Shown piece by piece: positions 7,410-12,693 of a stretch of DNA of 12,693 nt. Both the position numbers and the translations under genes were made by a program. Location of the stretch: assembly GCA_041736175.1 (NCBI GenBank), contig JBGSUI010000216.1, forward strand, positions 1 through 12,693, written 5' to 3'. This DNA is from Oligoflexales bacterium. Its GTDB lineage: Bacteria > Bdellovibrionota_B > Oligoflexia > Oligoflexales > CAIYRB01. The notes under the pieces were generated by a model, which worked only from the letters and a program-made list of their open reading frames with translations, made no database searches and was not told the DNA's origin. Within the stretch, counting starts at the first letter, position 1; every line of letters begins with the position of its first letter.

Positions 7410-8609
7410 TCACTGTGGTGCTAAACGAAGGCATCCTTTTCTCAAATTGCTGTAGTCGGCAAACATGGGCAGTGTGCACCGAAAGACCGCTTTCCGGATA
7501 CCCAAGTAAGACAGTGGATGGTGCCCGCCTAAATCCACAACTATTTTGAAAATTTCAAATTGGGACTGCGGACTTGCCAGACTAGGGTCAATATTAAGAA
7601 GTGCTTTTAAACGCGCGCCGTGGTTCGCTCGAATCATCACGAATTGCTTCAAGAGACTTTCAAATTCCTGATGTGAGAGCGCTTCTCCTTTTAACTTGAG
7701 AAGCCTTTCCAATCGTTCCGTAAAGGTCTTTTCCCATAATCCACCTGAAATTAGGAGATGGAGCAAAAAATCAAACGTCCTAAAGTCTAATGGCAGCCGC
7801 GCATGACTTCTTTCGCGAATGCCAGGTGGCAGATCAAGTTCGCTCATGGCGATGGCCAGCATAATAGAGCGTTCATGCCTTGTTTTTTCATTGTTTGTGC
7901 TTTTCTTCCGATCTTCTGCAAAGGTTTGGGCACGGAGCGTTTCCAAAAAGGCAGCTCCCATGGAACCAGAGGTATACCAAGGATAGGTTTGCAAAAAATC
8001 GAAAATCTTAAGGTCACGGATTTTTGAAAGATCACCAGTCAAATGGGTTGACCAAACCAGCTCCATAACAGTCATGTGAGCATGCGCTTTGGCTATCAAG
8101 ATGGCAAACTGCATCAACTGATGACTGTGATCGTCCTTTACAAATTTCCAAAATGATTCTGTGTTCACTACGCTTGATTGGGATTCGACCGATGCATCAT
8201 TTGGTAGACCACTAACCTTTTTGTAGTAGAATCCTTGTGCTAGCATATATTGAAGGGCTGTAGCAGCTCGCCTCATTTTATGATCAGGACCACGACTGGG
8301 TAGCGGATTCCAAGGTTCGAATAAAAGAAATAATTGATCCGCAAGTCTAAAAGAATCCCGACGATAGCTCTTTTGGCCCGAAAAAAATCCATGAATGTTA
8401 GTTAAAAAATTCGCTGAGCTTTCGCGAAAGCCGCTTGGTAAAGGAATTTCCATATCATGGCATAAGTTATGAATACCTAGCACACGTTGCAGGTATTGAT
8501 GTGAGCCACGGGGTAAAAATCGGATACTTTCCGTATTGGGGGCGCCATTTGCGATGTTTCTTAGCTCATAGGCCACGAAACTTGCTAACATCTGAGGCGT
8601 TCTAGCCAT
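7410..8609 (-). CDS. Hypothetical protein (~400 aa), paralogue of 8647-9867
   Basis: Long ORF with AAGGA RBS before TTG/ATG (8612/8609), starting 34 bp after the upstream stop. Collinear similarity to the upstream gene over its full length. Confidence 0.85.
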   Translation of the reverse strand: MARTPQMLASFVAYELRNIANGAPNTESIRFLPRGSHQYLQRVLGIHNLCHDMEIPLPSGFRESSANFLTNIHGFFSGQKSYRRDSFRLADQLFLLFEPWNPLPSRGPDHKMRRAATALQYMLAQGFYYKKVSGLPNDASVESQSSVVNTESFWKFVKDDHSHQLMQFAILIAKAHAHMTVMELVWSTHLTGDLSKIRDLKIFDFLQTYPWYTSGSMGAAFLETLRAQTFAEDRKKSTNNEKTRHERSIMLAIAMSELDLPPGIRERSHARLPLDFRTFDFLLHLLISGGLWEKTFTERLERLLKLKGEALSHQEFESLLKQFVMIRANHGARLKALLNIDPSLASPQSQFEIFKIVVDLGGHHPLSYLGIRKAVFRCTLPMFADYSNLRKGCLRLAPQ

Positions 8610-8646
8610 CAATAAACTTCCTTAAAAATTTAGGCGCTTTAGAATC

Positions 8647-9867
8647 CTAGGATTTTTGACACTTAAGACTCTTTTCAAAAGATTCACGAAATAGAGGCAC
8701 ACTGCCGCGAAAAAGGATTAGCCTAGTTAGGTAACAACATTCAGCATCCCGACTGAGCCCGCCAAATAGCTTTTTTAAGTACTGTTGACGGACTGCGGAG
8801 TGGCTCAGTCGATCAGACCGAAAAAGTGAATTGTTGGACCTTAGGTTTTTGTGGCGGAGCTTTTTGGTTGCAGCAAAGAAAGATTTGGCGGACATCGAGG
8901 CCAGATTTTCCCTATATTTCAGCCATTCTGATTCACTGCTCTCTAAATATGAGGATCCCCAAATAGAACCATCAGCGATTAAGTCTCTCAAGCCCGCGGC
9001 TGGGTGATTTTTAGCAGGCAGAATATCGATTGTTGATCTGCGAAATACGTCTAAATGACCTGAAAGACATCGAGAATAGCGATCTATTATGGAGTCTCGG
9101 AGTGGAGGCTTTTTTCCTTGATGTTCTAATTTTAAAAAATCCCGTTGGATTTCGTAACGTATAGCCTCTTTCCAATCTGATCCAGTGCCGCTATGGGTAT
9201 ACCATGGGTAAACCTGAAATATCTCAATCAAAAATTGATACCTGTCAATAATAGATTTCCCCAAATATGATCCCGAGGCAATTAGCTCCATCGCCAATAA
9301 GAAAAGATGATTTTCGACCACTGTTTTCGAATATTTTTGAATAAAGACATCGCGATCTTCAGAGTACTGATCGCGCCATATACCTTCAAATAACTCCCTT
9401 TCTTTCCGTCGCTTCGGCGGTGGGAGCGCAAATACCTTGTAGTACCGATCCCCAAAAATACCCTTTGTTTCGGGATGGAAAAGCATCATGAAAACTAAAC
9501 CTATCAAGGCCGCATCTTGCCGCCTTGCCACTTTCTGATTGGTGTTGCTTGGTCCAGAGGGGAAGGGGTTCCATATATTTACTTTATCACGTATATGTAA
9601 TGCCCATTTTGTGAGATCAGGATTGCCTTTTCCGTCGAGAAAAACGGTATTTCTAGCATTAGTCACAAATTGTTCGATGATTGTTTGAAAATCAGATGGG
9701 TAAGCGATGTCGAACTTTAAGGCATCTCTAGCTAAGGCCTCTTTATGTAGAACTCGCTCATCATGATTTCTTGGTACATAGCGGCGGAATTGATTGTCTT
9801 TAAGTCGGGTTATCGCCTGAGCTAGTTCGAAGTCCATAAGTTTATTTGAGAAGATTTCTAACTCCAC
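8647..9867 (-). CDS. Hypothetical protein (406 aa), paralogue of 7410-8609
   Basis: Long ORF with a GTG start and GAGG RBS. Motifs WNPFPS, MEL, QVYPWYT, LIxxGxxW and FRxxxPxF are shared with the downstream gene. Confidence 0.85.
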   Translation of the reverse strand: MELEIFSNKLMDFELAQAITRLKDNQFRRYVPRNHDERVLHKEALARDALKFDIAYPSDFQTIIEQFVTNARNTVFLDGKGNPDLTKWALHIRDKVNIWNPFPSGPSNTNQKVARRQDAALIGLVFMMLFHPETKGIFGDRYYKVFALPPPKRRKERELFEGIWRDQYSEDRDVFIQKYSKTVVENHLFLLAMELIASGSYLGKSIIDRYQFLIEIFQVYPWYTHSGTGSDWKEAIRYEIQRDFLKLEHQGKKPPLRDSIIDRYSRCLSGHLDVFRRSTIDILPAKNHPAAGLRDLIADGSIWGSSYLESSESEWLKYRENLASMSAKSFFAATKKLRHKNLRSNNSLFRSDRLSHSAVRQQYLKKLFGGLSRDAECCYLTRLILFRGSVPLFRESFEKSLKCQKS

Positions 9868-9954
9868 AGTCGAACCTCATCATCTCAAATGGGTTAAGGG
9901 ACTTACTGCGTACCCTATAGGAAATCACGCAGTGAAAAAATGTTAGTCCTCCCG

Positions 9955-10212
9955 CTTGATTTTTGGTCCTGCGGATTAGCACCTCAATGTATTGCCAGGA
10001 CTTCAATGATTTGGGAAGTAAAAATTACAGGAATTTGAAAAATATTCTCTCGACCTCCGTTGGTGATTGTCATCATAAAAAATGTGTGACACAAAAAAAT
10101 TGCGAAAATATCAGCATTTTTCAATTTATTAAGAATAAATGTTGTTTACTTGATTTTTTATAGCATATAATCTTAGTTTATTGACAATCTGCGAAGGCCA
10201 TGAAAAATCAAG
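9955..10212. promoter_or_regulatory. AT-rich regulatory region with three copies of CTTGATTTTT and a possible + strand sigma70-type promoter
   Basis: CTTGATTTTT at 9955-9964 and 10149-10158, and inverted (AAAAATCAAG) at 10203-10212. TTGTTT(10142-10147)-18 nt-TATAAT(10166-10171). Confidence 0.35.
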
Positions 10213-10406
10213 ATCTAAAAATCCAGATATTTAATGTCTAACGATTTTTAGTTCGAAAGCGGGCGCCAATTTTGTTACCAGTCACGAATCAAAGGGTAAG
10301 AGGCTGCATCGAATAGTTCTGAAACAGCGACTCGCAAAATTACATGAAAGGGTAAGCGGGATTGACAATCATAACCAGAGCCGCTGCTTGCCTTTGCAAG
10401 GCTTTC

Positions 10407-10937
10407 TTAGGATGACTTTTTCCAGTCTGTGCTTAACAATGCCATGGTGATCGTATCTCGGAATTTACCGTGCCTAAAATAGCCATCCCGACAACGACCT
10501 TCTATCACAAATCCGCATTTTTCATAGCATCTCACGGCACCAATATTTTCTGGTTCACACTCAAGCCAAAGTCTATGAAGATTCATTTCATCAAATGCAT
10601 ATTGACACAGCACAGCCACGGCATCGGTACCTAACCCGCGTCCCCATATTTCTTTGTCTCCGAGGTAAATCCAAATCTCTGCTCGTCGAGACCTAGGGCA
10701 AATGCCTCGTAATCCAATAAGACCGACCAATGACTTTTCCAGAGTCTCGATTCCCAAGGTTAACTTGTCGGAGGTATGATGGGACTGAGTGCTGATAAAA
10801 TCTCTTGCATCTTGTAGGCTCGTTGGATGATAAAGTCCACGCCAATAATTGGTCTCAGCATCATTGATCCATTTATGATAGAGTGTGCTGTCTTCTATTT
10901 CGACTGCTCTTAAATTTGATATTTTCCCGGTGATCAC
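10407..10937 (-). CDS. GNAT family N-acetyltransferase (RimJ/RimL, SpeG/PseH-like)
   Basis: LRAVE..D...W.ND, WGRGLG (acetyl-CoA binding), AFDEMNLHRLWL, N.GA..CYEKCGF..EG..R motifs. Confidence 0.93.
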   Translation of the reverse strand: MITGKISNLRAVEIEDSTLYHKWINDAETNYWRGLYHPTSLQDARDFISTQSHHTSDKLTLGIETLEKSLVGLIGLRGICPRSRRAEIWIYLGDKEIWGRGLGTDAVAVLCQYAFDEMNLHRLWLECEPENIGAVRCYEKCGFVIEGRCRDGYFRHGKFRDTITMALLSTDWKKSS

Positions 10938-11144
10938 TCAATTCCGTTCTTAAGCAAGACGGTCGATTTTTCTTTAACTATACTTCTTTTTAATTTATCT
11001 TCCGAAGCTTCGGACTTCCCGATAGAACGTGGTAGGAGGGGCATGAGCCGTGCGATCACAGCCCATCATTCTTGCTAACCACAGGGTGCACTGGCCTGAG
11101 TCAATCCCGAGGCAATAGGGGAGCAATTCAGGAGCAAGTGTGCA

Positions 11145-11735
11145 TTAGGCGCACATAGCAATATTCAGCTCCCGCAGCTTTCCAGCTAGTGATTTGATGA
11201 ATTTCATCTTGGTGTAGATAGTTGGTCTACTCTTATATCGGGCTATTTTTCCTTTATACTTGACGTATAGCATAAAAGTCTCGGCAAAGTCCTCGGAAGG
11301 ATTGGTCGCTGCGTATTCCGACACATGCTCATCCGGATGGTATTCATTCACGGCACCCTCAGTATCGTACGGTGCACCAAAGACTTCACGGAATTTGCGA
11401 CTTCGTCGCACGATACCCGGATGTTCGACAGCAAACGCATGGGCAAATTCGTGCCGTATCACATCGCGAATTGATGTGCTAGATCGGCCAAGATTCCAAA
11501 GTTTTTCTTGAACGCGCGCCCACGATATCAGAGGAATATAGATTGAGCGCGGCTCAAAGCCCAAGATTCTCAAACCATAATCTTTTTCTAAATAAAAACC
11601 ATGGCACCCAACAACGTCGATTGGCTGGGTATACACATCAACAGATGATAGTTTATGCGTGAGCAAGCCTAAGTCATCCAACTCATCTAAGACATTTTGT
11701 ACGGCACGATCCACTGTAGTTTGTGAAAGAATCAT
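11145..11735 (-). CDS. Putative zinc-dependent metallopeptidase (zincin-like)
   Basis: VIRHEFAH (HEXXH) plus downstream VSEYAATNPSEDFAETF supplying the third ligand Glu. GGAG RBS present; no signal peptide evident. Confidence 0.88.
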   Translation of the reverse strand: MILSQTTVDRAVQNVLDELDDLGLLTHKLSSVDVYTQPIDVVGCHGFYLEKDYGLRILGFEPRSIYIPLISWARVQEKLWNLGRSSTSIRDVIRHEFAHAFAVEHPGIVRRSRKFREVFGAPYDTEGAVNEYHPDEHVSEYAATNPSEDFAETFMLYVKYKGKIARYKSRPTIYTKMKFIKSLAGKLRELNIAMCA

Positions 11736-12083
11736 TGGCCAATTGCTCCATTTATTGGTATATTATTGGGCCTATATTCAAGATATCGGGTGTTTTGACG
11801 CCGACTTTAGCCCGTGCCTGCGAACAAGACTCCGGTAGCTTTCCATTCCATTCCATTCAATGCGATTTAGGCATGATATCGAAAAAACAATGCTTTCAGC
11901 GAGGGTTTGAACATGTTAACCCGGCTTGCTCATGAATTGAATAACCGAAGTCTCAAATCAGATGGCCTGAATCGGTGCAATCCAGCGGGAAATTCAATTG
12001 GGACTTTTCGACGGTATTGGCACCTGCTCCCGGAGGATGTTTCCTGTCGCAGTTCGACCAGTGAGGGTAGCTTATTCAGATGT

Positions 12084-12693
12084 TCAATAGCTCGGCAAAC
12101 GCTGTCGGAAGTCTCCGAGCGCATTGCGGAGCGCTGCTTCGGCTGGAAATGATGCGCCGTGCTGGGAAACGATGTTCTTGATGAGTCTAGCTTGGTGATC
12201 CGATTGCCGTAAAACTCTATAAACAGCATTGGCGACGGTCGCCTCACGGAACTGAGAGTAGCGGCGCAGATCTAGTACCAAGATACGCAGCGCAGCAACG
12301 GTGGCTTCCTGCTTGCGTGACGTCCATCCGTTCGAATTGCGAACTGCGTCCTGAACATCTTTCCAAAGTCCTGTATGACTTCCGGCACTCGATGTCTGAA
12401 GGTTTTTAAGAAGCGCGTCGGCGCGGTAGCCCTCGGCGATTGTGCTATCAACAAACGCAGGGGTTGGCGAGAGGAAGCGACGCACAAACGCAGCTAAAGC
12501 TTCGGCGCTGTCGAGAGTTTCGTGTGCCTGTGCACAATTCACGGGGCGAGCACCAGCTCGAGTCGGACAATGTACAGCGCTCCATACGAACTCGAAGCCG
12601 TTGGAGACGATTGCCAGTCCTTTGGTGAAACGGCGATCAGCATGAGCATAGGGAACTGCTTGTTCGATCAGCGCACGCTCAAGATCGTTTCTA
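12084..12693 (-). CDS. 3' part of a protein with an HsdR-N-like restriction-endonuclease-fold domain (5' end outside window)
   Basis: The frame of the 12084-12542 ORF stays open to the window edge: RNDLERALIEQAVPYAHADRRFTKGLAIVSNGFEFVW... This contains QxxxY and hhh(S/T)NG, characteristic of type I restriction enzyme R N-terminal domains. No helicase motifs follow. Confidence 0.6.
   Translation of the reverse strand, partial: RNDLERALIEQAVPYAHADRRFTKGLAIVSNGFEFVWSAVHCPTRAGARPVNCAQAHETLDSAEALAAFVRRFLSPTPAFVDSTIAEGYRADALLKNLQTSSAGSHTGLWKDVQDAVRNSNGWTSRKQEATVAALRILVLDLRRYSQFREATVANAVYRVLRQSDHQARLIKNIVSQHGASFPAEAALRNALGDFRQRLPSY

Noticed and set aside
6873..9574. Small ORFs overlapping the three paralogues
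   Set aside because: Shadows of longer ORFs that are supported by mutual homology.
9963..10163. 66-aa + strand ORF
   Set aside because: TTG start without an RBS in an AT-rich, promoter-like tract.
10251..10268. GTTCGAAAGCGGGCGCCA as a tRNA 3' remnant or att site
   Set aside because: The spacing between the T-loop-like GTTCGA and CCA is too short and no T-stem forms; likely chance.
11020..11145. Integron attC site between the peptidase and GNAT genes
   Set aside because: No matching RYYYAAC/GTTRRRY pair enclosing an extended palindrome, and the integrase lacks an evident IntI-specific insertion.
11260..12645. + strand ORFs 11260-11511, 11723-11935, 11907-12152, 12440-12628 and 12442-12645, and - strand ORF 12272-12487
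   Set aside because: Antisense or alternative-frame overlaps of better-supported genes, with no motifs.
1..12693. CRISPR array, complete tRNA or rRNA
   Set aside because: No regularly spaced repeat-spacer units and no full cloverleaf or rRNA signature were seen on either strand.

Overview
This is an accessory, mobile-element-rich bacterial window with no core genes, rRNA, complete tRNA or CRISPR array. From left to right: (i) the terminal ~244 bp of an IS91-like element carrying a tyrosine recombinase, apparently inserted into a satellite-type primase/helicase gene whose 3' half remains (245-1126, ending in iteron-like inverted repeats); (ii) an excisionase-like HTH gene plus a tyrosine integrase; (iii) a convergent second module with a large serine recombinase whose stop-proximal codons carry a tRNA-3'-end-like att core, a small CxxC zinc-finger gene and a degenerate Rep_trans-like protein; (iv) a structured GC-rich non-coding stretch; (v) three genes of unknown function (6597-7346, 7410-8609, 8647-9867) that align by eye as diverged paralogues of one family I do not recognise, the best candidate for a new system; (vi) a GNAT acetyltransferase, an HEXXH metallopeptidase and the 3' part of an HsdR-N-like nuclease gene. 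All calls come from reading motifs manually; no database searches were run.
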